From contig OX597824.1 in NCBI GenBank assembly GCA_951406725.2, forward strand, positions 44,764,001 through 44,828,000: 64,000 bases of DNA, written 5' to 3'. The notes beneath the pieces were generated by a model. That model had not been told where the DNA came from. It saw only the letters and a program-made list of their open reading frames with translations, and made no database searches. Positions 50,285 through 64,000 of the stretch are shown here, one piece after another (positions within the stretch are counted from its first letter, which is position 1; each line of letters begins with the position of its first letter). Origin of the DNA: Octopus vulgaris. Taxonomy: Eukaryota. The position numbers and the translations under genes are program-made.

Positions 50285-51238
50285 AGTGTGGTGGGTGATT
50301 TTTACGTGCCACCGGCACAGGTGCCAGTCGGGGCTGGCAAACGGCCACGGTCAGATGGTAATTTTTACGTGCCACCGGCACAGGTTCCAGACGGGGCTGG
50401 CAAACGGCCACGGTCAGATGGTGCTTTTTTGTGCCACCGGCATAGGTGCCAGACGGGGCTGGCAAATGGCCACAGTCGGATGGTTCTTTTTACGTGCCAC
50501 CGGCACTGGGGCCAGGCGAGGCTGGCAACGGCCACGATCGGATGGTTCTTTTTACGTGCCACCGGTACGGGAGCCAGGCAAGGCTGGCAACGGCCATTAT
50601 CGGATGGTGCTTTTTACGTGCCACCGGCACGGAGGCCCGTTGGGGCACCGCTGGCAATGACCACGTTCGGATGGTTTGCTTACGTGCCACTGGCACTGGT
50701 ATCACAGCTACAACTTCCATTGATGTTGATCGATTTCGATTTTGATTCTGATTCTCACTTGCCTCAACAGGTCTTCACAAGTAGAGTGTTGTGTCCCAAG
50801 AAGGAAAGGTATACATAAGTGGACTGGCTACATCCCAGGTAGAGGCCATGGATTATGGTCTCACTTGATCTGCCGGGTCTTCTCACGCACAGCATACTTC
50901 CATAGGTCTCGGTCTCTAGTCATTTCCTCGGTGAGACCTAAAGTTCGATGGTCATGCTTCACCACCTCGTCCCAGATTTTCCTAGGTCTACCTCTTCCAC
51001 AGGTTCCCTCAACCGCTAGGGTGTGGCACTTTTTCACACAACTATCTTCATCCATTCTCGCTACATGACCATACCATCGCAAACGTCTCTCTTGCACTCC
51101 ACAACTGATGCTTCTTAGATCCCACGTTTCTCTCAAGGTACTTACTCTTTGTCGAGTATGAACACTGACATTACACATCCATCGGAGCATACTGGCTTCA
51201 TTTCTTGCGAGCTTACGCATATCCTCAGCAGTCACGGC
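50285..51238 (-). mobile_element. 5'-truncated RTE LINE with an expanded ~62-bp tandem tail
   Basis: ORF 50861-51235 ([21 protein letters not shown]...RRLRWYGHV...RGRPRKIW); 6-7 tail units at 50290-50700. Confidence 0.9.
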
Positions 51239-51239
51239 C

Positions 51240-51625
51240 CATATATATATATATATATATAATGTATATGTATATGTATGTATGTATATATATATGTATA
51301 TATGTGTGTGTATATGTGTGTGTGTGTATATATATGTGTATGTGTGTGTGTATATATATATGTGTGTGTGTGTGTATATATGTGTGTGTATATATATATA
51401 TATATATGTATAATGTATTTTTTTTCATATACATGTATGTGTATATATATATATGTATAACGTATATATTTACATATACATGTGTGTGTATATATATATA
51501 TGTATAACGTATATATTTACATATACATGTGTGTGTATATATATATATGTGTATATATACACACATATATACATGCATAGATATATATACACACACACAT
51601 ATACACACAACACATATATATACAT
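51240..51625. repeat. (TA/TG)n microsatellite
   Basis: Seen directly. Confidence 0.9.
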
Positions 51626-52061
51626 TTCGAGCAATTCCTCGCTCGAAATATGGATTAGAAAAACAGCCAAGAACTGATGAAAAGTCGTTCCTTATGCTGC
51701 TCATCTTCTTTTCCATTTGTTTCTTTCATTGTTCGTAAAAAAAGTTCATATTCCATGTCTTCGTATTTCATAATTCATGTTTTTGTATTTTATATGGTTT
51801 ACGTTCCGTGATGTCCTATGCCCACATATGTATATACGTATATATGTAAGTATTTACATACTCGTATGTATATATGCATATATATATATTATTCATTTTA
51901 TTACATATCTATATTATGTGTGCATGTAAGTGTGTATGTGTGGTGTAATGCAAATATTTATAAGCGTAAATAGAAATACACTCACTGTCTTGCCAACACT
52001 AACAACTAAATGTTTCTCCACGTAAACAGAACCAATAAGGGCCAGACAGTTATGCTGGTTT

Positions 52062-52114
<53 letters not shown>

Positions 52115-53516
52115 GTGTGCGCATGTGTAGAGACCAACAGATTAAGTACCTCATCATCGTTTAGTGTCCGCTTTCCATGCTAGTATGGGTTGGACGGTTC
52201 AACTGGGGTCTGGAAAGCCAGAAGACTGCACCAGGCCCAGTCTGATCTGGCAATGTTTCTACGGCTGGATGCCCTTCCTAACGCCAACCACTCCGTGAGT
52301 GTAGTGGGTGCTTTTATGTACCACCGGCACAGGTGCCAGACGAGGCTGGCAAATGGCTACGATCGGATGGTGCTTTTTACATGCCACCGGCAGGGGGCCA
52401 GACTAGGCCAGTCAGGGCAGCGCTGGCAACGGCCACATTCAGATGGTTCTCTTACGTACCACTGGCACTGATATCACAGCTGCAATTTCCATTGATGTTG
52501 ATCGATTTTGATTTTCACTTGCCTGGCTTATAAAAAAAAAAGAAAATCTCCAAAGTGGTGCCTCAGCATGGCCACTGTTTTCTAAAAAGAAAAAAAAAGA
52601 TGAAAAGATGTGTGTGTGTATGATGAATGAGTGAAAGCAAGAAATTTTTTATTAGTGTAATGGTCAAAAGGAAAGGTAAAGGACCATGACGTTTTGGGTG
52701 CTGGTCCTTCATATAAATACAAAAAGAAGGAAAGGTGTTGGTAATGAAGAAGAAAACAGAAAAATCAAGCTGGGCTGGGATGGGATCTTTTGGGGAGAAG
52801 TAAAGTGAGAGGAAGAGGTTGGTTATTATATGCATGTATATGAAGGTGTCCTGTAAGGTGATAAAGTGATGGGCATAGCAGGATGTGTGTGAGCATGAGC
52901 AATGTAGGGTGCAGGTGGTTAGCTAGGGGTGAGTGGAGTAATGAAAAAGTTGTATGGTTTTGTGACATATGTGAAAAGGAAATGTGGAAGAAACAGTGTA
53001 GTAAGTGAGGAAAAAATATAGCATAATAACAGGTACAGAACATATAGGTAGTCACTTAAGTCTGAGAAAGATAGTTATGCAATTTTTTGCTGAACAACCT
53101 ATATAGAATGTTTTTGCTGTTCATAAGCTCACTCCTGCCTTCAAATTGACATTGCCTGAACACGTACACAATGTGCTGCATGTGAAATGTCAAAGTGATT
53201 GTAGAGGAACATCAGATGCAATGTCTTGCTGAGGAACAAAAGCACTGCCTGGTCTTGGAATCAAATTTGTTATCTTGTAATTGTGAGTGCTCCACCTTAA
53301 ATACCAGGCTACATACCTTCACATGAAAGAACATGTTAAATAAGGATTGTGCAAAAAGAAAGAGACGATTATAAAAAGGATTTTTAAAAAAAAAATGTGG
53401 AGAAAAAAGTTAATGTACACAGATTGTGAGGAATCAGGAGGGAGAGGTGAAAGTGTTAATGGAATCCAGTGTAGAGATGGTAAAGTTCCTAAGTAAAGGC
53501 AGTGTGTGTGTGTGTG

Positions 53517-53565
<49 letters not shown>

Positions 53566-53956
53566 TCACTGTTTGTATGTGTTTGCATGCTCTTCTACTT
53601 GTTTCAGTCATTTGACTGTGGCCATGCTGGAGCATCACCTTTAGTTGAACAAATCGATCCCAAGGCTTATTCTTTGTAAGCCTAGTACTTATTCTATCGG
53701 TCTATTTTGCCGAACAGCTAAGTTACGGGGTTGTAAACACACCAGCATCAGTTGTCAAGCAATGTTGGGGGAACAAACACATGCACACACACACACACAC
53801 ACACACATGATGGGTTTCTTTCAGTTTCCGACTACCAAATCAACTCACAAGGCTTTGGTCGGTCCAAGACTATAGTAGAAGACACTTGCCTAAGGTGTCA
53901 CGCAGTGGGACTGAACCCAGAACCATGTGGTTAGTAAGCAAGCTACTTACCACTTG

Positions 53957-54365
53957 CATATATGTATGTGTGTGTGTGTGTGTATATATATGTATATATA
54001 TATATATATGTAAATATATGTATATATATGTAAATATATGTATATATATATATATATGTAAATATATGTATATATATATATATATGTAAATATATGTATA
54101 TATATATATATGTAAATATATGTATTATATATATATAAATATATGTATATATATATGTATATATGTATATATATATGTAAATATATGTATATATATATAT
54201 ATGTAAATATATGTATATATATATATTATGTATATATATATATATGTAAATATATGTATATATATATATATATATGTAAATATATTATATATATATGTAA
54301 ATATATGTATATATATATATATATGTAAATATATGTATGTATATATATATATATGTAAATATATG

Positions 54366-54406
<41 letters not shown>

Positions 54407-54453
54407 GTATATATAATATATATATAATATATGTATATATATATATATGTAAA

Positions 54454-54490
<37 letters not shown>

Positions 54491-54740
54491 TATATGTATA
54501 TATATATATATATATGTAAATATATGTATATATATATGTAAATATATGTAATATATATATATGTAAATATATGTATGTATATATATATATATGTAAATAT
54601 ATGTATATATATATATATATATATTAAATATATGTATATATATATAATATATATATACATGCATATGTATATATATGTGTGTGTATGTGTGTATATATAT
54701 ATGTATATATATACATTATATATATATATATATATATGAA
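53957..54740. repeat. (TA)n-based minisatellite with recurring tgtaaatatatg spacer
   Basis: Seen directly. Confidence 0.95.
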
Positions 54741-56589
54741 AGAAGATATTAATCTTCTTTCATGCTGGCAAGTCAGAATACTGCATCAGGCTCTGCTGTC
54801 TGCTTTGGCATGGTGCCTATGGTTGGATACCCATTGTAATGCCAGCCACTTCACAGAGTATAATAACTCAGTGCTTTTTATGAGACACTTACAACAATGA
54901 GGTCACCAAATAAAGTGCAAGACAAGACCCTTCAAATAAGTGGGGAGTGATGCTGAGGGTGGTGGTTTTCTGCCAGGTAATGAGAGGTTAATGTATGGAT
55001 AGAGAGACAGAAACAGGTGTCTTACAATAGAGGAGATACATGACTATTCCAGTTGGAGTAGCCATGTATCACCATCTCTCCCCAGTGAGAGAGAGAGAAA
55101 GAGAGAGATGGTGATGATGTGTTGGGCATACACTCAAGTGACAGAGAATTGTATGTATAAGTGAAACAGCACAGATGAGCGGATAGGGTGAGTGGGCAGG
55201 TTAAGTTCATGAGATTGCAAAAGGTGAATGGGATATGGAGAACAGTATGGAGTAATTGAAAACAGGTAGAGGGAGGGGATGTTAGGAAGATATGATGAGG
55301 GGAAGAGATTTGTCAGGGACACATTGTGTGAATGTAGGTTCATGAAAGTGTAAAGAGGAGGTAGAGAGGTTGGAAAATACAATGTTGCTGTGTTTACATC
55401 CACATTACTTAGCAGTTCGGCAAAAGGGATGATAGAATAATACTAGAGTCAATTGATTTGACTAAAAGTCCTTCAAAGTAGTGCCCCAGCATGTCCTTAG
55501 TCTAATGACTGAAACAATTTAAATATACATACAAGGTGTGATCAATATTTGAAGGTATACTTGATAATTTAATAAACAACTCTGCTCTCGCAAAATCAAA
55601 CGTATACTAATAGTAATTTGTGCACATGTTCTCAAGAAGATTTTTTATAACATTTTTCTATTTATCTGCCTTCAGCTTCAATGACTGCTGTAATACTGGG
55701 CGGAATCATTGACATGCCTGCTCTAAATTAGTCATTTCAGGCATTACCTGGATATGGATGGTATTCAGTGAATCTATTGTATTATGAGGATGTCAATTAG
55801 TTTCCCTTTCAATGCTCCAAGTGTTGTGGTCCCTGAGATTTAAATCTGTGGTAATGGATACTTGCTACTAATGAGTCTCAAAGAAGCATAAATCTAGATT
55901 TAGCAATTCTACTACCACTTCTAGATGCTTTTTATCTACTATGGATATGCATCTACTTTTTAGCTAAACATTTATACAAGATGCTTTCTTGAGACAAATA
56001 CTGCAGCTTCATGGTTTTCTACAGTATATTCACATTAAGTAAAATTTACAGATTGCTATTTTAAACTAATAATGCTGGCATTGCTAGTAGCGAATTTTTA
56101 CTGAGCCTGCCAACTATTTGTGACATGTGATTTGTTAGGCTGAAAAATACGAATCCCAGAAGATGCTCAGATAAGAAGTTTTGTCTTTTCAACCCTGTCA
56201 TCTACTCTTTTATTTCTGCTCCGATCATAAACCCCTTATTAGTTTTTTTCATTATTCTGTCTATTTCAGTTCTATGTCATCATGTAAATATAGTTCTATA
56301 GTTTCATCTTCCTTGTTGTTGTCTTAAGATAACCTTAGTTCATGCATTTCCTTAACTACAACATAATTATTCATTCATCTATTAAAGTTTATCACACAGT
56401 CATTTTCTCTAATTTTGTCTTAGACTGGCTCTCAGATTCTTCAATTCTTTTTACTATTATCAACATTTGCTATTTCGTTAAATTAACTATGCCACACAAA
56501 TCTCAAAAGAATATCTTTCTCCCTCGTGTTCTGACCCACTCTCTCTCGGCCTCACTCTGTCTGTGTCTCTCTCTCTTTCGCTTACCACT

Positions 56590-59500
56590 CGCCTAGCCAA
56601 GACTTTCTCCACCACAACCCTATATAAACTAGCGCACGCACTCGGATTCCCCTACTCGATTCTTAATACCTCCGCTGAAAGGATACATATCCAGGTGATG
56701 CTCTTGTCCAAATTTGCTAGTTGGCGGTACGCCTGCCTTTCCAACCCCTCCCCCTGTACTGGAAGTCCCTATTTTTTGTCATCCTTTGGTTGTCTCCCTT
56801 GATTAAAAAGCTTTATGCCATCCCCACCCCTACTATGTAAAGTAGTGATCATATAGTGCAAAAATATGATAGTGTTGTGTACGCAGGTTGGACTTAAGGC
56901 TATTGTTTGTTTATGAATTCTGCCAAATGCGAGCTCTCTTTTCAGGTACATGACGCTACTGTCCCCCATCCCAGGGTCTCAAGGGCCCATACCTCCCACA
57001 CCCTCAGGGTTGGCACTCTCAACGTCGGCACACTGAAAGGTAGATCTGGTGAGATTGTTGAGATACTTGAATGGAGATGTGTTGATATGTGCTGCATCCA
57101 AGAAGTATGGTGGAGAGGAGGTTCTGTTAGGTTCCTCACAGGCAAAGAACACAGGTACAAGATTTTCTGGGCAGGGAACACTGACGGGGTCAGGGGCGTG
57201 GGTATACTTCTTGTGGAGAAATGGGTAGATAAGGTAATTGAGGTAGTCAGAGTATGTAACAATACTTAAGATTAGATTGGTGCTTCATCATGGGTTAGCA
57301 ACCATTATCTCGGCCTATGCCCCTCAGCTGGGGCTACCCGATGGACAGAAAGACTAATTCTATTACACCCTCTTGCTGACTACCGCATGGCGTACATGGA
57401 GGCTACGGTTTTGGTTCCCGCAGTGAAGAGGGAACCAGGCTGCTGAAGTTCTGCGATGCAAATGATCTTATAGTTTGCAATACTAACTTCAGAAAACCTG
57501 CCAGTCACCTAGTCACCTACTGTTCTGGCAGACTCACCAGCCAAATTGACTACATTCTCACCAGAAAAAGGGAAAGATGGCTGCTTATAAATGCCAAAAC
57601 CTTCCCAGGCAAAGAATGTACCCCTCAATATAGATTAGTAGTTAGCTACTTCAGAATCAGGGCTAAATGGTTGCCCAGAAGAAGACCAGGTTGGAGGAGA
57701 AGGGTCTAGGAGCTTAAAGAACCTGCAAATGGACAGAGATTTAGAGACATATTACTCGAAGCTTTCAATGAAATAGAAGGGGATATAGCATCACATGATG
57801 TAGAAGACAACTGGAGGTTTCTACGGGACAACCTGCTGAGAGCCACTGACCAGATCTGTGGATGGTGCAAAGTCCCCTCTCGACCCAAGGTAACGTGGTG
57901 GTGGTGGAACAATGTGGTTGACAGGGCTATTAGACAAAAGAAACAGGCTTGGAAGGACTGGAAGAACAGAGTTAGCAGGGAATTGTATCACACTGCCTGA
58001 AGGGAAGCTTGGAGACAGGTTTATTTAGCCAGAGGGGAAGCAGATAAGAAAAAATTTGCCAGTGTTCTACGTCATGGGGACCAAAGACTTGAAGTATTTT
58101 GTGTTGCAAGACAGTGTGTGAGAGAGAACTGTGATGTCGTAGCAGAGAAATGTGTCCATATGGATGATAGTTCACTTGCACTGAACGAGACTAAAAAGAG
58201 AGAGGTTTGGAGATGCCACTATGAAAGGTTCTTCAATAAAGAGAATGAATGGGAGAATGAGAGTCTGCCAAATGTTGACCCAACAGAGGGATCAGCTATC
58301 TGAATTGACAGTACCTTGATAGATAAAGCAATGAAGAGTATGAAGGCAGGGAAAGCCCCTGGCCCATCAGGAATCACTGCAGAGTTGCTCAAAATATCTG
58401 GCAGTGTCAGCTATAGCCTAGTCACCCGTATATTTAACCAGGTGATGCACGAAGGAGTCATACCCAATGACTAGTGCAGCAGCACCATATTCAACTGCCA
58501 AAAAGGTAAAGGTGACGCTTTAGATACAAATAATTACAGAGGTATGGTATCAATTTGTTGGATCAAGTAATGAAGGTCACGGAGAGGGTCATAGCCCAAC
58601 TAATTAGAGAGAGAGTCAGTTTAGATGAGATGCAGTTTGGGTTCGTGCCATGGAAAAGCACCACTGATGTTATATTTCTGGTAAGACAGCTGCAGGAGAA
58701 ATACCTAGCCAAAGATAAACCTCTGTACCTGGCTTTCGTTGACATGGAGAAAGCCTTTGACAGGGTCCCCTGATCCCTTATCTGGTGGTCAATGAGGAAA
58801 CTAGGGATAGATGAATGGTTAGTGAGAGCTGTGCGATCCATGTACTAGGTCGCCGTCAGTAAGATGTGGGTTGGCAACGAGTACAGTGAAGAATTCTGGG
58901 TAGAGGTAGGGGTCCACCAAGGCTCAGTTCTCAGCCCCCTCCTATTTATCATAGTTCTTCAGGCAATAACAGAGGAATTCTAGACATGATGCCCTTGGGA
59001 GCTCCTCTATGCTGAGTCACTATCAGAACGAGAGAAGTTTCAGGTGTGGAAGCAAGGTTTAGATTTGAAGGGCCTTAGAGTCAACCTAGCTAAAAGTCCT
59101 AATAAGTAGGAAGGTAAACAAACCACAAACCCCTTCAGGTAGATGGCCCTGCTCGATCTATAGAAAAGGTGTAGGTAGAAACTCTATAAGATGTACCCAG
59201 TGTAAGCTATGGACACCTAAGAGGTGCAGCAATATCAAAGGAAGGCTAACTAGGAAGATAGTTTTTGTATGTGGCAGATGCTCAGGAGCAATAAACACTG
59301 AAAATGTGCAGAGAACAACTTCTGCCACATTCCAGGGAGAAAAACTATAAGTAGTTGATAACTTCCGTTACCTAGGTGACCAAGTCATTAGCAGGGGAGG
59401 GTGCGCTGAAAGTGTAGCTGCTTGAATAAGAATAGCCTGGGCAAAGTTCAGTGAGCTCCTACCTCTGCTGGTGACAAAGGGCCTCTCGCTCAGAGTAAAA

Positions 59501-60615
59501 AGCAGACTGTATGACACATGTGTACAAACAGGCATACTACATGGCAGTGAAACATGGGCCGTGACTGCTGAGGATATGCGTTCGCTCGCAAGGAATGAAG
59601 CCAGTATGCTCTGATGGATGTATAATGTCAGTGTGCATGCTTGACAGAGTGTAAGTGCCTTGAGAAAAAAGTTGAACCTAAGGAGCATCAATTGTGGTGT
59701 GCAAGAGAGACGATTGCACTGGTATGGCCATGTGGCGAGAATGGATGAGGATAGCTGTGTGAAAAAGTGCCACACCCTAGCAGTTGCGGGAACCTGTGGA
59801 AAAGGTAAACCCAGGAAGACCTGGGATGAGGTGGTGAAGCACAACCTTTGAACATTAGGCCTCACCAAGGCAATGTCTAGTGACCGAGACCTTTGGAAAT
59901 ATGCTGTGCGTGAGAAGACCCAGCAAGACAAGTGAGATCGTAACCTGTGGCCTTTACCAGGGGTGTAGCCAGCCCACTTATGCGTACCTTTCCTTCTTGG
60001 GACACAAAACTCTGCTTGCGAAGACCTGTTGAGGCAAGTGATATCAAATTTTAAATCAAACCAAATTCGATGACTGGCACCCATGCCAACCTTCCTTCAT
60101 TGGACACTAAACTCTGCTTGCGAAGACCTGTTGGGGCAAGTGAAGTCGAAATTGAACCAAATTCAATGACTGGCATCCGTGCCAGTGGAGCGCTAACAGC
60201 TCCATCCAAGCGGGATCACTGCCAGTGCAGCCGTCTGGTTTCCATGCCGGTGGCACGTAAAAAGCACCATTTGAGCATGATCGTTACTAGCGTTGCCTTA
60301 CTGGCACGTGAACAAAGCATTCGAGTGAGGTCATTGCCAGTGCTGCTGGACTGACTCCTGTGCAGGTGGCATGTAAAAAACACCATTTGAGCATGGCCGT
60401 TGCCAGTACCGCCAGACTGGGCCTTGTGCTGGTGACACGTAAAAGCACTCACTACACTCTTGGAGTGGTTGGCATTAGGAAGGGCATCCAGCTGTAGAAA
60501 CTCTGCCAGATCAAGTTTGGAGCCTGGTGCAGCCATCTGGTTCGCCAGTCCTCAGTGAAATCGTCCAATCCATGCTAGCATGGAAAGCAGATGTTAAATG
60601 AAAAATGATGATGAT
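56590..60615 (+). mobile_element. Near full-length decayed RTE-clade LINE (APE endonuclease, RT with PHD-like insert, repetitive 3' tail)
   Basis: LRVGTLNVGTLKGRSGEIV...CCIQEV, SQIDYIL, QFGFVPWKSTTD...AFVDMEKAFDRVP, RRLHWYGHV...KGKPRKTW. Multiple stops. Ends gcatggaaagcagatgttaaatga..tgatgatga. 5' boundary approximate. Confidence 0.92.
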
Positions 60616-60997
60616 ACATTTATATATATATATCTACATATATGCATGTGTGTGTGTGTGTGTGTAACACTAGGCATTATGTGTATATATATATATTCAT
60701 GATCATTGTTTAAAATCCTCTTTTCCATGCCTGCATGGGTTAGACAAATTTATTGAAGCAGATTTTCTGCAGCCAGATGCTCTTCCTGTAATCAACCCTC
60801 TCCTATTTCTCAGCAGGGTGATATTTCCCTATGACCAGACATACTTTTCATAGAAGACTGGAAATACATATTTATAAATAACATATCTACATATATGCAT
60901 GTGTGTGTGTAACACTAGGCATTATGTTTAAATTTATGTGTGCACTACATATGCAGTCATAGTTATCCATACCTATAAATGAGTGTGTGTGTGTTCT

Positions 60998-61033
<36 letters not shown>

Positions 61034-62376
61034 CAAACTATGACACAGCAGATCTTGGAGCACAGCACAGGCCTGTGGTTCATTGATTACTGTTGAACCT
61101 CTAACCCATGCCAGCATGGAAGAAGTAATGTTAAATGGCGATGATGATATGTGTGTGTGAAAATTAAATTGTTTGAACAGGGTACAATTGTTCCTTCAGT
61201 TACTTTAAACAGAATTGCATGTATGTCGACCATTCCATGATTTTGAACTTGAAAAATCAATAAATTTTTCAGCATGGATCAATGACTTCTTCCTCCCACT
61301 CCTCTTCTACGTAATGACCTATTTGTGCGCGCGCGCGTGTGTGTGTGTGTGTGTGTGTATTAATGCTCTTTTGTTGTTTCCATAGTGTTTTATGATATAT
61401 TGGTCAGTAAACTTAAGAAATTTAAATTGCTCTATATAAATATGTGTGGCTGTGCTAATATCTGTTGTGTATTTGTGTGTGTTGGTGAAAAATGAACATG
61501 GTTTATGTATGATTAACAATAGAAAAAGTGTTTCCTTTGTGTGTTTTCTTTCCTGTAAGAATGTGTTGAGTATTTGCATTTATGGTGTGTATAATGTTGA
61601 TATTAGAACTTACCTTTTATGTGTGTGAGTAAAATTTGACCTATTTAAGTACTGTTATTCTGTAATGGTAAAAGAACTGGACACACACAACACACAGAGT
61701 AGAATTTCAAGTTTTCCATCTTAGAATTTCTATATATTTTACTTGGATGTAATTTCATTAATTAATAAATCATTTAAATCAAATTAAAATTGATGTAATA
61801 TAATTGTATCTAAGTTGGATGGTTTTTAATACAGATTGTTTTTAGTATTTGAAAAGTATATATGATATCAGCTATTGAATGAATTAACAGATGAAAATTT
61901 TTAGCACTGATTTTATTTAGGATTTGAAGAGTATATATATATCAGCTGTTGAATGAAAAACTTTACTAGTTTCTGTATTTATGGAATTACTTGAATATTT
62001 TTTCCTCCCACTTGAATATGTTCTACCAGTTCTGGGCTTCCCAGAATTGTTTATACACACAGAGACACACATACATAAGTACATAGATACTAACATGACC
62101 ACATGACTGTTTAAGAAGTTCACTTTCAAGCCAGGTAGTTTTGTGTTCAGTCCCATTGCATGGCAGCTTAGGTAAGTGCCTTCTACTATACCCACAAACC
62201 TTGTAAGTGAATTTGGTAGACAGCAGCTAAAAGCAGCCCACCATATGTGTATGTGAGAGTTTGTGTCTCCTCTTACAACTATCATGTAATGTGATAGTTA
62301 TGAAAATGAATACATGCAGTATTGTTCATTTTCAATCTTCTGTGAAAACGTGTTCAGCCATGGGGAAATATTACCT

Positions 62377-62604
62377 ATTTCTTTACTACCCACAAGGGGC
62401 TAAACACAGAGAGGACAAACAAGGACAGACAAACGGATTAAGTTGATTATATTGACCTCCAGTGCCTAACTGGTACTTATTTAATCGACCCCGAAAGGAT
62501 GAAAAGTAAAGTTGACCTCAGTGGAATTTGAACTCAGAATGTAGCTGCAGGTGAAATACCGCTGAGCATTTCGCCCAGCGTGCTAACGTTTCTGCCAGCT
62601 CGCC
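62377..62604 (-). mobile_element. SINE with a ~20-bp TSD nested in an older repeat
   Basis: gccatgggg(g)aaatattacct at 62357-62376 and 62605-62625; head shared with the 34950-36185 family. Confidence 0.8.
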
Positions 62605-62739
62605 GCCATGGGGGAAATATTACCTTGCTCAGAAGCAGGTTAGAATAGTTATCAGGAAGGACATTCAGCCATAGAAATTCCATCTGACCCAAGGAAATAT
62701 GAAAAAATAGGACATTAAAATCATGGTGTATGCATATAT

Positions 62740-63035
62740 GAAGGCACATGGCTCAGTGGTTAAGGTGTTGCACTCACAATTGCGAGATCATGGGTTCAAT
62801 TGCCTGACCGGGTGTTGCATTGTGTTCTTGAGCAAAGCACTTCATATCATGTTGTTCTGCAATCACTTCAGCATCTGACATGTGACACCCTGTTGCACCT
62901 GTACAGGTAATGTCAATTTGATGGAGGGAGTGAGTTTATGTCTACACAAACATTTGATCACTACAAACAAATCAATTGTGTGGTTGTTCGGTAAGAAATT
63001 GTCAAACCCTCATAAGTTGTGTCTAATGACGGGAG
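62740..63035 (+). mobile_element. tRNA-derived SINE
   Basis: A box tggctcagtgg, B-box-like ggttcaatt, then core-like gtgttcttgagcaaagcactt. Confidence 0.7.
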
Positions 63036-63040
63036 AGCCC

Positions 63041-63085
<45 letters not shown>

Positions 63086-64000
63086 TATATCTATAGTTAT
63101 ATATAATAGGTAAAAGTAGTGCAAATGATAGCATGATATAATGGTAACTTGCCAAAATAGGCAATAATTAACATTAACATGTGACATGGTTGGGCTGTCA
63201 GTGACTAAACCAGCAACCCCATTAAGTTGGTGAGGAGGGTGAAATATTGATTTTAAACACCCTGTGGGATGAAAAGCGAAACCTGGCAAAGGGCAAAGTA
63301 ACTTGGAAGAGTCAATGGCCATCCAAAATCAGGTGGACAGAGCTCATTAGCCTTGGTCAGCAGTCTGTCTTGAAGAAGGAACATTCTGATTTAAAAACCT
63401 GGGGTAGGTTGGACTCCTTAGTCACCTTGGTGACAGCCTGCCAGTGACCAACAGCTTCTTCCTTGGGATGAAGGTAGAAGAACCACAAAATGGTTGGATG
63501 AGGATAAGGACCATCCAATGGCATCTGTTTTCCAGTGGAAATCATAGACATCATATGAATGGTGTGGGGGCTTCTGTTATTAAAGCCTGAACAAATTCCA
63601 TCTTCAGTACTCCTGAGCCACCAGCTCTGCATCCAGACGGCCTTTTCCTCCAAGTGGCATTAATATACTCTAGAATCTAGGCTATCTGAACAAGAGAGTG
63701 TGACAGGTGACACAAGCCCATACCACTTAAAACAAATTCATTGTGGAGGTAGTTTCAAAGCAAGTTGAAAACCCTATGGTGACAGGAACAGGCAAAGAGT
63801 GTTGGTGGAAATTCTAGCCAGAATCCCACACACAGGCAGCACAGAGGATGTTGACCATCTCTTTGTAGAATCCGAAGACACCTGCAAGATTCGTGTCCTC
63901 CTTTGTGTGGCAAGCTTCTCCGATATTCAAGGCAGGTTGAGAAAAGGAATCCTAAAAAAAGCGTTGTTTTCAATAAGCTTGGCATTAACTGCAGATGTCT

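Noticed and set aside
50290-50700. CRISPR-like repeat/spacer appearance
   Set aside because: The 'spacers' are homologous to each other, the array is part of a LINE tail, there are no cas genes and the DNA is eukaryotic.
48861-54900. Long ORFs rich in Y/I/H/T/C/V/M
   Set aside because: Translations of TA/TG/CA microsatellites.
63690-64000. Possible LINE C-terminal relic on the minus strand
   Set aside because: Only faint motifs (AKLIENN, FACSCHHRVF) and cut by the window edge; not supportable.

Overview
AT-rich, repeat-dense eukaryotic (animal) genomic DNA. The repeat landscape (RTE LINEs, tRNA-derived SINEs, long TA/CA microsatellites) suggests an octopus or other coleoid cephalopod; this is inference. 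Host genes read from the sequence: (1) a complete 9-exon BCKDHA (branched-chain keto-acid dehydrogenase E1 alpha) on the minus strand, 46593->17302, 1332-nt CDS, 443 aa; (2) the first three coding exons of EIF1AD on the minus strand, 13287->3219, probably continuing off the left edge; (3) the first coding exon of DESI2/PPPDE1 on the plus strand, 48022-48060, head-to-head with BCKDHA. Most of the rest is transposon-derived: a decayed Tc1/mariner, a non-autonomous Helitron, TTAA MITEs, several RTE LINEs (with a PHD-like finger inside the RT), a CR1-type LINE with an inverted 5' half, and many SINEs. The most notable signal is a set of hammerhead-ribozyme motifs of the Penelope-like (PLE) minimal type: a near-perfect 286-bp palindrome with a TSD whose hammerhead has a swapped G3:C8 core pair, an inverted-repeat element with a canonical core in both arms, a tRNA-headed SINE carrying a decayed hammerhead, and several solo or decayed copies. 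A 212-bp GC-rich, highly structured insertion with a 13-bp TSD in BCKDHA intron 8 is unexplained. Most short ORFs in the supplied track are spurious.
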